A stretch of DNA of 63,022 nt, the filler included, from Platydemus manokwari (lineage: Eukaryota): assembly GCA_037951405.1 (NCBI GenBank). It is 5 parts of 5 records of this genome, joined end to end, with 100 filler letters (N's around TTAATTAATTAA, not from the genome) between each part and the next. Parts side by side here need not be neighbours in the genome. Positions count along the whole stretch, not along the records: positions 20,031 to 43,395 come from JBBMOY011100330.1; 4 more parts are not named here. The stretch is one strand, 5' to 3'. The notes under the pieces are model-generated. The model saw only the letters and a list, made by a program, of their open reading frames with translations. It was not told where the DNA came from and searched no databases. Shown here in pieces: positions 23,651-38,500 of this stretch. The number at the start of each line of letters is the position of its first letter. The stretch's first letter is position 1. The translations under genes and the position numbers were made by a program.

Positions 23651-25804
23651 TCTAAAGACTCTATATATAAAAAAGTAAATAATCTTGTTACAGAAGAGTT
23701 ATTAAAGTCTCAAATCTTAGACTATATCATATTTTAAAACATATAACAACACAACACAAGTACAATATCTGAACCTCATCTCATTGATTCATTCACTAAC
23801 GTGTCTATCTGATCAAATCTTAATTCTTTTGCGTGTTGAAGTAAATGTTTTGAGTGGAATACTTTAATTCAATTATCGATTATGTATAATATTTAAATTT
23901 TCATAAAGACGATTATAATTATTGATCGTGTATAACAGTAATGTATTATTTAAAATTGTTTCAATAGTGGAATATCATTTCAGTCACTGTATTTATTGAA
24001 TTTAAATAGAAACACTTTACCGTTTATATTGCATAACCCTGTTTGATTGACATTGTGATTCAACCGACAGTGGAGAACTCACATTATAAATAAACTAAGC
24101 AGACATACGGTTAAACTTATGTGGCTAGATTGATGAAAAAAATGTTCAGTAATTAACAAAAATAGCTGAGCATGATAATCAATAAAACACTTTTGAATTA
24201 TTTAAACCTTGATTCAAATGCATCAGAGATAGAATAAGAAAAAATTAAAATAACAATATTAGTAAGAGTTCTGTATCCAAAAGGTAATATAGAAATAATT
24301 TTTCATAACCAATTGAATATAAAAAAGCTACAAATCAGAAAAATTGACAGTATGCCAAAAGAATTTTATTTTAATGTTACGAAATTTGCGTGCCATACTG
24401 GAAATTTGAGTTGAAATAGAATTGGATCTTTGTTAAATTAAACTAAAAGTTTCATTGGTGATTCAGTTTTCTCCCAATACTATTAGCAAGATTTTGATAA
24501 TTTATTTGTGAGGAGGTCTCAGTATTTTTGGTTGTTTTCATAATTTGCATATGTGCGTACTACTCTCCAATCAAGAGCCAAAATATTTGCAGGTCTTGAT
24601 TCTCAGACTATTCACTCTGCCGCTAATTAACCCAACAATTGATTTTTATTGAAGTGGTGTTTAAAATTTGTGAGTTGAATCCATTGTTGAAAATCACAAC
24701 TCTCAACCATTAATTAAAATTCGTATGTACCAATAACACATTCAACAGTTTCATTTGCAGAAAAATACATGATTATATATTTGCATAATCGCAGTTATGG
24801 ACCAATTTCAATCTTTCACAATCGTTAATCCCCATTAAAATTCTAGAAACATAGTTAACGAAAGAGAGTCGAACATTTAACACATACAGACTTAGGACTA
24901 TAAATATGGAATCGTTTATGACTTTACCAATTAAAAACCTGGTATTTATTTTGTTTTGTTTAATTAAAAGATGTTTTGTTAACAATTTATTCGTTAATGT
25001 GCATGTGTAACATCAATTTTTAATTAAATAAAATACAAAAATTTATTCATGGTAGTTTTGTATAAAGAAGAGCATAATTTTATATACTAACGCAGGAAAT
25101 TTTATTTCACTTGATTAATGGAATATTGTCCCAAATATTTTAGCTTTCGAAGTAAATTTACCCATTTTAAGTGAATAGATGGATCCAATTTTAAGTTATT
25201 TTTATAAATCTTCATTTTTTCCAATGATCAACTTGACAATTTTGAACGTGGCTTAATTAACTTTTTTTATTCATGGATATCATGTTTTTATTGTCAGCTT
25301 TACCACTTTCTTTAATGAAATCGTTTGTTAATTTCTCTCGAATAAATCTACACATTTGTTTAAAAGTTGTGCTTCCAGTAGGATAGGTAGAATTGGCCTT
25401 TATAGAATTCAGTGATTATTTATAAACGTCTGATGTGTGGACTCAGTGTACACTCTTTCAATGAATATCACCTACTGAAAAATCTTCTGTATTCGAAAGT
25501 TAATAGAGCCACAATTTGAAAAAATGTTGTAATAAATAGGAAATACAAAAGTCTAACTGCTATCCCATTTTCTAGATTTTGTACATCAGGTTGTACTAAT
25601 AAGAAATATAAATAATTGTAATAAATTTAGAAAATATATGATGTAGTAAACGAAATATAATGACCTTTGCTAATGCGTATTATTATTGACTACTAAAAAA
25701 ATTCAATAATTTTTAAATATTTATAAATTGACTTATTTTATTATGTTAGATATTTTGTTAGAATACTATTCATAAAAACACAAAGAACTTCTAAAGTTTT
25801 AAAA

Positions 25805-26395
25805 ATGAATAAAGAATTAGACAAATTGTATATTGTTTATCGACAAATAGAATTTATTCTTGATAATCGTTTAGATATGCGTTACCTAAGCAAGTACATT
25901 CAATCATCTAAAAAAGCTGACGAGTTTCTAAATTTTTGGGAAAGAAATATAATTTGTAGAAGCAATGATCCCTTTATAACAGACAAAATATTACTTCCTA
26001 AAGAAAACACAGCATTTTTAGACAAAGAAATTTATGATAACATTCACAGTCTATTTTCGCTGACTAATTTACATGAAGAAATTAGAAAATTTGCCAATTC
26101 ATTTTCTAAGAAATTAAACTTCGATTCTGATATTTTATTAGAATTTAGAAAATTTCAAGAATCATTGAATAGAGAAAGTCAAAAATTCAGAAATTATTTT
26201 TATCCTGTTATAATCAATAGAAAGCATGATCAGTATTCGAAGTTACCACAGCAAAAAATGAAACGTAAAAATAAATTCTGTACATGTCACAAATCATTTC
26301 CATTTCCAACGTTTACAATTGAGAATGAAATTCATAAAATGAAAAATATACCCGATTTTGAATTCCAAGAACTGTTTAAGAAATATTATAAATGA
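25805..26395 (+). CDS. Intronless 196-aa orphan ORF, possibly of viral or TE origin
   Basis: AAAAATG start, intact frame in very AT-rich DNA, AATAAA about 18 nt after the stop. No recognisable domain. Confidence 0.5.
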   Translation: MNKELDKLYIVYRQIEFILDNRLDMRYLSKYIQSSKKADEFLNFWERNIICRSNDPFITDKILLPKENTAFLDKEIYDNIHSLFSLTNLHEEIRKFANSFSKKLNFDSDILLEFRKFQESLNRESQKFRNYFYPVIINRKHDQYSKLPQQKMKRKNKFCTCHKSFPFPTFTIENEIHKMKNIPDFEFQELFKKYYK

Positions 26396-28707
26396 TCTTT
26401 CGGAAGATTTTTAATAAAATATAAATATTTATTTTAAAATGGTTTATTCAAATTAAAATCTTCTGTTTTTGCTTCACTTTTATTCTTGATTTAATTTTGG
26501 TTTTCCGCGTTTGCTCTTTCTACTTTTTTGATGTTTTAGTTGATTCTACTTGTAAGTTTCCAAATTCATCAATTGCTTTACGCTTAAACAATTCTTGTTC
26601 TACAAATCTTTCGGGTCTACGTAAGTAGTATTACTTTTCAGGATATTGTCTCTCTCAATGACGAATGGCTATCAGTTTACACCATTGAATCTTGAAAAGT
26701 AAAAATCGGAAATTTACTTGAATGTATTGGTGATTGATAATCAATATCAAAATATGGAGTGAGATTCAATTTATTATTGCATGAATTATGAGCAATTTCT
26801 AATTTATTAGTATCTTTAATGAAAATATCAGTTACTTTTAAATAATTATTTTCATTTATTTGATAAAATACTGAGGTATAATTAATAGCATAAATAGAAG
26901 ATAGATTCTCATTTGATGACAAATAGTTTATAATAATTTTTTAAATATCATTTTTATTTTCATCTAATGCATAGTCTGAATGAAAATAATTTTATAAACC
27001 ATGAATATGGTGAATAATAACTTTACTATTGATTGATTTGATAATGCCACTTGTTTATTTTCCTTGGATTTTTGTAAATCATAATAACGGAAGAAATATT
27101 CATGAGATCTTCGAAAATTGATTTATATTGGCTAGCTTTCATGTTTTCTTTTCTATTTGCAGTTGTTTTCATTTCTCTTTTATCATTAAAATTCTTCGGT
27201 TTTGAAATATTTTATGCAGATTTTTCCTTTGCTTCAAATTTTCAGTAACGTTTATCTCTTTATAATCATTCCGATAAGTTGTATTATTATTCCAAAGACG
27301 AAAATTCAATTTTTGATTAGAATATATTGTGATAATATTCCTAAATTTTTATTTATTTATTTATTACCATTTTGATGAATTCCCTTTCATTTAAATTTTA
27401 AGTGTTTCCATAACCCGACATTTATTTTAAAATCTTTCATTTAATTATTGACATTTAAATTAGTATTGTAAATTGATTGAACTTTTCAATAATTGAAATA
27501 AATGTTGGGAATTTATATTATGTTGTCCAGTTTTATCCAAATAAAGAAAACAATTTACATTACAGGAGAGATCAAAGCAAACTTTAAGCATTTTAGTATA
27601 ATAGATTTATTTTACAAATATTAATTATTTTAATAACTCATCATATACAGTTCAAACTGAAAAAAGAAAACTGATGAATATTGTTGGTTTCATAATAACT
27701 TTTGAATATAAAATTTTGTAACTTTAGCGGGTTGAGTTATATAAGATTGAATATTTCGTGATATAATGAATTCTTATATAAAGTTGACTGAAGATGAATG
27801 TCACACAAGATTACAATTTTGGCACATTTAAGTTAGTTTTTTGTTACTCTTTACACACGTATATCTCTATACGTGCAGGCATAATAACTAACCAAGCAGA
27901 TGTAAATTAAAAATTTCAACCCAACAAAGGACATGATAACACAACAGCACATACAAGTGTTTAGTGGAGAACCATTCGAAACCAAATAACCACGAAAAAT
28001 GAATACAAAAATCATTGAAATTTTTTAAATAATTATGAGCATTAAAACATTTTTTGAATTAAAACAAATATATTGTTACAAAAATAAATATATTTTATGC
28101 ATAAATATTAAAAGATTTTTAGGAAATATAATGAATAAGTTAAAAAAATTGTTCGAACACATCAAATAAGAAATTGTTTAACTGATCCCAATGTCATAAA
28201 ATACATAGCGATAATAGACTCTCTCTATTAAGTAATGTTTGTCAACCAAAATTGTGGGTTGTTACTGAATTTAGTATTGACTTGTAAACGCTGTTAAAAA
28301 TAAAAAAAAATGTTATAATACATACAAAGCAGTAGTATAAGGCACTCAGACGGTGCACAAAAAAGTTTCGCACAAAATTTCGGAAAATTTATTTGAACAA
28401 ATTTTATTGTTATTTTGAATTGTCGAACAATTATATTACATGTTTACCGTGTTAAAATTTATTATTTAATTCATTCTTTTGAAAATATTTTTCAAATCCA
28501 AATCCATTTAAGTTTCGGTATTTATTTTGCAAATTCAAAATGAGTAATTTTTTATTTATTGTCATCATAATTAACTGTGTACTCAGCTATTTCTAGATTT
28601 GTATTATTTTAAAATTCAATAAGAACTCTGTTTTGTTACCTCTCTTTCTTTTTATAGTGACTTACTCGGTTACATAGATGGCATGCCATTTACTACACGT
28701 CTACAAT

Positions 28708-29516
28708 CAATGTTCCCTCTAATTTTTGCAAGTCTCTATTATGTGAAAAATATGGCAAACTGAAATTAATTGTATACATTGTGCCCACAAGACTGAACAT
28801 AAGACAAGAAACCAATTCATTCATTTTATAGATTCTTTATTTCTTTACATAGACTAATGGTAGGGATACAATAAACTGTTGAAGATAATACGATAAGCTA
28901 CACTAAAATAATAATAAAATAAATAATAATCAATAAATAATAAAATAAAAAGCAAATAAATTGTACATTCTACTTTTTGTTTGTGTCAATTGTGTACAAA
29001 CATTCTAATTCTTCTCTATTATGTCTTTTGCTTGAACCCATACTTTGTAAACACAATCTAAACCAACCTATACCATTACTTTCAATATAACTCTTAATTC
29101 GTATATTCATGTCCAGATGCAATTCACTCATTATATCTCTTTGCTTAGTTTTAATGAAATTCATTAAACTAAATCCCCTTTCACAGTCTGCGCTTCATGC
29201 CATACATTTCCCAGCAATGTCCAACAACTTTGCCAAATCTGAATATTCTTGACTTTTATAAGCAAGTTGCACAAGTTCTAAAAAACTGTTCACAGATTTT
29301 TATTTCAAATTTCTTTAAGCATAAAATTTGAAAGTATTGTACTGTTCTCTTATGACTCGTTCTGGTGCAGTAAGAAAAACCAAATATTTCTTACACAAAG
29401 AAGAGATTTCATCGTTTCCAAACTCAAAGTCGCAATCTGATTTCAACTTTGTCACATTTTAAAACTGTGCGCACCTGTTTACTTTGTGGGCGCGCTACAG
29501 CTTAAGGGGAATATTG
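28708..29516 (-). mobile_element. 809-bp internally deleted hAT element (Tip100-like) retaining the transposase dimerisation domain
   Basis: Perfect 8-bp TSD TCTACAAT (28700-28707 and 29517-29524). TIRs CAATGTTCCCTCTAA / TTAAGGGGAATATTG. Minus strand reads YSDLAKLLDI...SADCERGFSLMNFIKTKQRD (hAT CERxFS motif). Confidence 0.93.
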
Positions 29517-30000
29517 TCTACAATACATTGTTATTATTCTGATAGTTGTTTAAATTTTAATCATAATTAACTAAATATATTTTATTGTTTTATCTCAATT
29601 TGTTATTGATTATAATATAATTAGTATTTATATTCTAAATATTATTTGGCTATATTATCCGGGTGATTGTCAACGACAACAAACTTTTATCTGTAAGAGT
29701 TCAGATAATTAAGTTAAAGAGTCTAAAACCTTCTGACCTAATCTAATTGAACTGATTATTAGAATATTTTTATATTTTATACGTTTGCACATTAAACATA
29801 AATTATAAATTTTTATATAAACTTAGCAAATCTTTAACACGTTAATCAATTCCAGTCATCAAATTTCAATAGAACACTCAACAAAAGTTTATCACACGAA
29901 AACACACAGAAACACAGATTGTTGAGAAGCAACAAAAAGGGTTCCTATACAAAACAGAAAGATATTATGACCATTTACGAATTTGCCAATATATATATAT

Positions 30001-30458
30001 TGTTGAGTGAGATGAGATTCCGCAAAAAGAAAAGCCAAATCTCACCTTGGAATCCTTGTTTGGCACTCTGAATATTTGCATGCCTACAAGGCCATACAGG
30101 CATGGCAACTGGCCAATCACAGTGAAGCTAGATAGCAAATTACAATCGGGAAAAAGGGCATTGCTACATAAAACACACATCTAGGGACTGACCAATCCCA
30201 TTCATGTAAAAACCTAATAAGAATACAAAAAGACAGATACCAAATCAAAATGTAGTGCATCATGACACAAAGAAATACACACAAATCGCGAGTATAAAAA
30301 GCATACTTAAAGATGGACAACTGCCAGTTTGAAGCCAGATTTGTGTGAAAATACTGTACTTGTATTTTGATTATCGTGGTTGTATATCAGTTATTGTAGA
30401 TGTATATTGATTAATATACATTAATTGGGAGTCAGAAGTTTTGTTATTCTAACTAACA
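30001..30458. repeat. Solo-LTR-like dispersed repeat, copy 1
   Basis: Starts TGTTGAGTGAGATG and shares CCAATCACAGTG.AGCTAGAT, CATGACACAAA and AACTGCCAGTT.GAAGCCA blocks with 30593 and 57168. The 3' end is approximate. Confidence 0.65.
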
Positions 30459-30592
30459 AGATATATATACTATAGAGAATGAGCAACTCAAATGAAAAAC
30501 CTGTTTTTTAATTAATCGATATTTTTAAGTCATTTAAAATCTTATCTAAATATTGTATTTAAAATACTTTTTAACAAGTACTGATAAAATAT

Positions 30593-31066
30593 TGTAGAAT
30601 GAGACGAAAAAAAATACGGACTTGCACCTTGGAATCCATGTTTCGGCACTTAAAACATTTACATGGCTCCACAACCACACAGGTATAGCAACTAACCAAT
30701 TACAGCGGAGTTAGATGATAAACGACAATTAGTTAAAGGGACATAACCATAAAACAACACATACCTATGGATTGACCAATTCCACTAATGCAAAAACTAA
30801 AAAGCCCAATAGTAGCATGGAAAAGCAAAGATCGAATCAAAATGTGATACAAACATGACACAAAAATTAAACACAGATCTCTGAGTATAAATATCAATTT
30901 AAAGATGGCTAACTGCCAGTTGAAAGCCATGTTTTGTTATATTCCTGAATTAAGTGTGAATATATATTTTATAAATCATACTCAGTAGTACGCAGTTGAA
31001 AATGAGGTTATAGCATTCCTGTTTTTGGTATCAGTGATTAATCAATCGTCCAGAAGTACCTCAACA
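30593..31066. repeat. Solo-LTR-like dispersed repeat, copy 2
   Basis: TGT...CTCAACA. The end is the reverse complement of the family start TGTTGAG (LTR-type TG..CA short IR). TATAAA-like motif internal. Confidence 0.65.
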
Positions 31067-31939
31067 ACATATTTATATATTTTTGTTGATATATTTTTTC
31101 ATAATTAGGTTGGAGATTTGAACATCGCATTATAATAAGTGAAAATTTATTTTAAATGACTCTTTCTGTTTATACATTTTGAAAGTATAACATTTTAAAA
31201 AGATGATTGTATAATTAAACCAAGTGACTTAATAAAAATAAGTAATGCTTCTGATTATTGGTATCGAAAAATAATAATCAATTGAATAAATTTTCCATCA
31301 ATAGAATAAAATTTAACCTCCAGTAAGGAAAAACTGGTAAATGAATTCAATATATTATACATTAGGCGGGAAATACTTTAGATTCCACCTTTGATAATCT
31401 GCGATAGAGCTTTTTATATATCAAATCAAACTATATTAACTATATTTGTTTTGTTGGGTAAATCACAAATCAGCCAAAAGGGTTTCAGGAAATAACCCTT
31501 AAAATGATCGACACACACACTTATTAATCCATATTTAAAAGATAAGAATCGACAGGCACATACTTACAAATGGCAGAAAACTCAAATATCTGCCAATAGC
31601 ACAAAAGATACGGGAAAAAATTCAAGCAGACCAGTCAACAAATGAATTCAGAAAATGAAAAACGAAGACCCATGACATCACGAGGAGACACCCAATAGGT
31701 CTATAAAACAGGTTGAGTTCCATGAATAACTGCCAGTCTTATTTGGTTGGTAACTTGCGTATTAATCTTAACTTTGCGTGATTTTCAGTAACTAGTCTTT
31801 TGGTTACCTTCTGTCTTTGAATTTTTGATGCTGATTCCATCTTGTATGATAAACTATCGTTGATTATAAAGAGGTTTAATTGTAGTTGTTGTGATTGAGA
31901 TCGTAACATTTTGGTTAATATAATTTTCTGAAGATTGTA

Positions 31940-32165
31940 ATTTCTTATCTCCACCTGTCGTTGCGGTGTATAGTGGAGCCGCTATTAAAGCATAATCCTT
32001 GATGAATCGCCTGTAATAGTTTGTCAGTCCTAAAAATGATCGCCGCTTGCTGGTACAGGGGCATCTCGTATCTGTTCGATTTTGTAGTAATTAGTCCGTA
32101 TCCCCTTGGCACAGACTGTGTGGCCTAAAAATCTTACTTCATCTTTGATTAGCGTACATCATCTA
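31940..32165 (-). pseudogene. Ty3/Gypsy reverse transcriptase C-terminal/thumb fragment
   Basis: KDEVRFLGHTVCAKGIRT...RSFLGLTNYYRRFIKDYALIAAPLY. Confidence 0.9.
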
Positions 32166-32575
32166 TACATTTTATTTCATCAGGAACGCTTAGAAGACAG
32201 TCATTACACATTTACAAAAATTAAGAAATCACTTCTGGTTAATATTGAGATTCTATTATCAATATTTTGTCAATATGTTAAAATATTAGCAAAATATTTT
32301 AATAAATCATTTATTTTAATGAAGTACAAAAAATGCTATGCAAAAACAGATCGATTCTGAGTCAATACATGTGTCATGCATTGTGCAAGTTATTTAAATG
32401 TTTATTTTACATAAAATTTATCCCAATTTTGTTCCTGATATAAACCAAACCAAAGTAAAAATGTAATTTCATTCAATTAAAAAATTTAAAATAATTAGAA
32501 TTCATTAAAAAGTATAAAACTATACATTATTTCATAAAACACATTTAACCAAAATGCTATTTTTACAACTTTATA

Positions 32576-35500
32576 TTAAAATATTTTTCGAACGATTGCA
32601 GGATATAGTTTCGAATTCCTCCTGGGCCAATGGACAAATATCTCCTCACCTTCAACAGGTGGTGTGTCCAACAAAGTACCTCGAATTGTCTGTTCGCCGT
32701 TTTGATATTTTTCATCTAGCCATGTGATTTTTATAAGTTTTTGAGACCACCAAATATCTGTTTCGCTTATCTTTAATTTGTTAACTTCGTCAGATTTTTT
32801 TGTTTTGATAACAGAAATATCTAATTCTGGCGAAAATTTCATTTTCTTTTTCATTGGAACTTTTATCAAAGAACTAGTACTATCTATTTGTGTATTTAAG
32901 CATTCTGATTTGAGTGGAAACTCAGTTTCGATGATTTTTGATTCGTAAGATTCAGTTATATTATTCTCACCTACGTTGGATGATACCGCATTTCTCATGC
33001 TTAACCTGTTACTCACTCTTTTTTGAATCGGTTTTTCATCGCAATTGGAAAACTTTTCAATTTCTTTTTCTATAGCGCTAAATTTTCTTTTTGGTGTTCT
33101 ATTTACAACAGATGAAGATTTGCTTAGGTCTTTTAGAGGTAAAGATGATTTTTTCTTTTCAAACAAATTTTTATCAGCATCCATATCAGTATTATTAAGT
33201 TCATATTTCATAACCTGATTGGTGTTGACATCATTTGAATCTCTTTTGGACTTGGATATTTGACTGTTATATTGATTTATAGTTTGTAACTTTGGAGATG
33301 ATTTTATAATTCCCTGTCTTTCTAAAACTACGTCTCGAGATTTTGGAAGTGTATTTTTTACTTTATTGCTAGATTTCAAAATTTCAATTTTTGAAGATGA
33401 CTTCAGAGGAACAGAATATTTATTCTTGGTATTGACTGTAAAACTATTTCGAAAATTATCACTTCTATGTGATTTTTCATTGGGTTGGTTTTTAGAAATT
33501 TCGATACGACTGAGAAAATTTTCACCTTTAGAATTATTGATTCTAGGAATTTTTACATCTGTTAGGGTCTCATCAATTAAAGATTTTTTCAAAGATTTTT
33601 CGACTATTGTTTTTTTTCTGGTAACAAAGGATGTATCGTTAGTGATCTTTCGTTTCCTCGAATTGATAAAATTGTTTGAAGTATTTTCTAAACCCTTCTT
33701 AAGGTTATGATTAACTGATTCGTTCTGTTTATTATGAAATGAAACATTTTCCTTCACACAAGTTGAAATCTGTCTTTTTAAAACTGAGGTTTCACCAATC
33801 TTAACCTTTTCGTTTTCTAAATAATCTATTTCTTTATTAGTTGACGCTGATGAAAAATCAACTTTAGCACATGTTATAAGTGTATCTTCAACACAAGTTA
33901 CAGTTTGAATGATGCCGTCAGTATTCGGAAACAGGTCAAACATTTTTATTTCTAAACTATTTTCTGTCTTGCTTACCACCAACTTCTCATTTATCAAAGA
34001 TTCGTTCTTTTCTATCTTATCTTCAGAAATTATATTTTGATGATCACTTTCAATTTTTTTTAATATCACGCTATTCCCCTCAACAAAACTAATCTCATCA
34101 TTGAGAAAATTCCCAGTGTTTTTTTTATTTTTTTCTACAATATCTGAAAAATTTTCACCTAAGTAATCATTTCTTTCCACATCCACATCAGGGATATTTT
34201 TAGATTCTATGTGGATGTCGGTATAATCATTATTCCTATGAAAATTCAATTCGGTGTTGCCATTTTTTGATTCCTCGTGTATGAGATTTGCAAAACATTC
34301 ATCTTTCACCAGATTTTCTTCAGAAATATTCTTTGATTCTAAATGCAAATCATTATTAATATAATCATTGCTCTGGTGAGAAGGTAATCCTGCATCGCTA
34401 TCTTTTGATTCCTTGTTTAGAAATTCTTTCATTAGATTTTCATCAGAAACATGTTTTGAATCTAAATGCAAATCATTACTCTGGTGAGATAATCCTGTAT
34501 TGCCATCTTTTGATTCCTCGCTTAAAAATTCTGCAATATATTCATCTTTCATCAGATTTTCTTCAGTAGCGTGTTTTGAATCCAAATGCAAATCATTGCT
34601 CTGATGAGAAGACAATCCTGGATCGCTATCTTTTGATTCCTTGTTTAGAAATTCTTTCATTAGATTTTCTTCAGGAACGTGTTTTGAATCTAAATGCAAA
34701 TCATTGCTCTGGTGAGATAATCCTGCATTGCCATCATATGATTCCTCGTTTAGAAATTCTTTCATCAAATTTTCTTCAGGAACGTGTTTTGAATACAAAT
34801 GCAAATCATTGCTCTGGTGAGATAATCCTGCATTGCCATCATATGATTCCTCGTTTAGAAATTCTTTCATCAGATTTTCTTCAGGAACGTGTTTTGAATC
34901 CAAATGCAAATCATTGCTCTGGTGAGAAGGTAATCCTGCATTGCCATCATATGAGTTCTCGTTTAAAAATTCTGCAATATATTCATCTTTCATCAGATTT
35001 TCATCAGAAACATGGTTTGAATACAAATGTGAATCATTATTAATCTGATGGAAAGTCAATGTGATGTCCTTATCGTTTGTTTCATCGTTTAAAGGTTCCG
35101 CAGTATATGTATTCAGAACAGTATTATCAGTAAATTTCTCACATGAATCAATTATTTGAAAATTATTTCCATAGAGAACAGATTTTAATTCTATATTTTC
35201 AATTTCTGCTTGATTCTCATTTATTTTATCGAAACTAAAAGGTATTTCAAATGACGATGTATTTGAAATATCTTGAGTGAGAACATCATTTTCAATGTTA
35301 ATTGGTGGTTTTTCACTAAGTGACACATTTGAATTTAATGAAGATTCCTTCGATTTTGAAGGAAAGCGGTATTCTAAGTTATCAATTAATGTCTTAGAAT
35401 AATTGTTACAATAATCCAATGATGTTTCGAGATTCACTTGCAATAGACATCCTCTCTTGGTGTCATTATTAGAGAGATTATCTACTACCATAGAAAGACA

Positions 35501-38500
35501 TGAATTTTTCATTACATCTAATTTATCATTCGAATCATTTATTTTATCTTCAATACCAACTGATTGAAACGCTTCTTGGTGAATTTCTTCGTTAAATTTT
35601 AAATTCTGATAATCATCAAGCTTGAAATTATTCAATGAATCTCTATTACTGCTATTTGTGATTTCAAATTCAATATTTTCATTGACTTGATCTATTTTTG
35701 TGTTCATAATATCAATGACATCAGTCAATTCTCCAACACAATTGATATCATTTAAATCATTGTCAATTTTCGCCTTAATCAAATCATGCTGAATATTGTT
35801 AACATTGGTCTCCTCTGTATTAGAAGAATCAAAATCTGATTGGTGATTTATAATTGAATGATTCGATTGATCAAGTAAATCATATTTAGTCATCATCTTG
35901 GTTTCATCAATTTCTGAAAATGCACATGGATTAATAAAATTATTATCTTGATCGTGAACTTGATCGAATTCAGTATTGTCAGTACTCATGATTGAACTGT
36001 GCAGAAAATCTTCATTGTTTGTTGATGAATTTTTGTTTGGAATAGCATTGATTTCTACATCAGTTATACTGTGACAATTATCTTTGGAAATTGGACAAAA
36101 TATTTCTTGTTTCACATCACATATTTCTGAATTATTGAAAATTGGTTCCAAATTCGGTTCGCTGATATTATTATTAGAACTAAATCTATTATTATCACAC
36201 CATGTTGAACATTGATCAGTGAATATTTTATCTTCAATATTATTATAATTAACACATTTTTCTTCATTCTGATTATAAGTTTTCCGGTTTATATCTTGTT
36301 GAAACTTAAGATTTTCTGACAAACTTTGTTTATCTGTTTGAGATTTTAGAGACTCCTTTTTCTTTTCTTCCAGTAGATTATCCTGCATCATATTCAGAAA
36401 TTGGAACACATTTTCGCGTGAAATTGGACTAGAAATAATATATGTAGGTGGAGAATTATCTTCAACATTCGAAAATCCATCAATATTCTCATTTGACTTA
36501 TTTTGAGGTTGTTCCTGTTTTTCAGAGTCATTCTTGCAATCTAGATCACTTTTAATCCGTGTATCCAAGCTTTCACATTGACCCATTTTTTGAGTAATAA
36601 GATCGTCTGAAAATTTGAGATTCATTGAGTTATTTTCTCGATTCTGATTATAATATTCCCAAATATTTTCATGTCCAGTTTTGGAATCAAATTCAATGCT
36701 TTTAAATTCACAATCACTGTATTCGACATCCAAATCACTGTCATCAAAAATAATTTTAATTTTATTAACTGTATCAGTCTGTGATGGATGCAATTGAATT
36801 TCTGGATTTGATTCTGATCCTACAACATTGATTGGTTCAATAATGTTATCGTTTGTGTTCTGAATATCGATTAAATTCTGAGAATATATTTTATCCAAAT
36901 CAAAATAATCTCTAAAATTAATATTATAATCTAATTCATCTGATTGACAGATGGGATCAATCACCAAATTCTCTGATTTAACAACTACCTCACTATTTTC
37001 ATTAACAATATCAAAATTATCATCTGATTTCTCATCAGAAACATTGATATTTTCTTCATTCATTTTATTGTCATGACATATTTCGTTGTTAAATTCACTT
37101 GATTCTGTAACATTTTGTTCATTTTTATTCACAGCTATATCGAAATCATTGTTATTTACACCAAGTTCATATTTGTCATCGTTATTATCCTCATCTATTG
37201 ATTTATATGATAATTCAGAATCAACTGATACACTATTATTATCATTATTGATTATTTCATTGAGATCATCATTGGAAGATTTATTGACAATATTTTCGCA
37301 TTCCATGGGTAGAATATTTCCATCATCATTATGATCAGGAGCCAATTTTAATTTTACACCATTTTCATCATCAGAAAATATGATATCAATATTTTCGGAG
37401 GTTATTATTTTAGAAGCATTTGTCTCGACATCATCATCATCATTATTATTATTCGCATTGGATATATCTGTTTGATGAGTTTCATTAAATAATGAATTAA
37501 TTTGTGTTAAATCAGTGGATAAAGAATTAATTGCAATGTTATCAGTTAAAGAATCGATCATTATTTCATTGGATATTGATGAATTAACAATATTGATTGA
37601 TAAAGAATCGTCGATATTATCGTTGAGTATTGGCGAAATATTCATATTGTCATTAATTACTGGATCGATATTGGATATTGTAGAAATATCAATATTTTCA
37701 TTAATAATATTTGACATTGAATCAGCATTTTTGATATTACAGAAAGATTCTGTATTACTTGACAAAATATCGATCTCATTGTTATTGATTAAAGATTCTG
37801 TGCCACTTATTTCATTGGCGGGTATCATCAAATTATTCTCAACTACATCATTGGATAATGAATCAATATTCGAAATATTAGTTAGTGATTCTGTGTCCAT
37901 TGATTCATTGATGGGTATCATCAAATTATTCTCAACGGTATCATTATTTAATGGTTCATTAAGCACAGATTTACATGATAAAACATTCAGATCACCATTG
38001 ATGGAACATGAATCACTACTCATTTTATTGATCGATAATTCATTAATCGATTCTCTACATATTGAATTTTCTGTGATAATATCGTTTGCATTGTTAGAGA
38101 ACAAATAATTGTTGATTATATTCGATAATGACTCAGTAATTTGATATTTGCTGGTAGATTCTTGAGTATTGATATTGGCAGGAAGTGAATCAATTCTAAT
38201 ATTAGAATCATTGGTTGAGTTGCTACATCGATCGTTGCTTGATAATTCTTGATTAATGATATTGTTAGCACATGAATCATTAATGATAATATTTGATTCG
38301 GTATTTATATGGTGAGATATTAAATCATTTGGTGATTTGAGCGACATGATACTTTTGACAGGTGAATCAATGCTAATATTAATAGGTAAAGATTCAATAA
38401 TCGAATCATTACTGATAGACTGGCCAGGTAACACCTCCATATGAGCAACATCGGTAAATGAATCTTTCGATAACGATTCCATCGTTGTATGATCGGATGT

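Noticed and set aside
29965-30930. Similar short Cys-rich ORFs (29965-30180, 30733-30930, 57154-57342) as a peptide family
   Set aside because: They are chance frames within copies of the LTR-like repeat, and the frames are not conserved between copies.
34255-35040. Regularly spaced repeats resembling a CRISPR array
   Set aside because: Whole units are repeated with no unique spacers, they are in-frame coding, no cas genes are present, and the context is eukaryotic.
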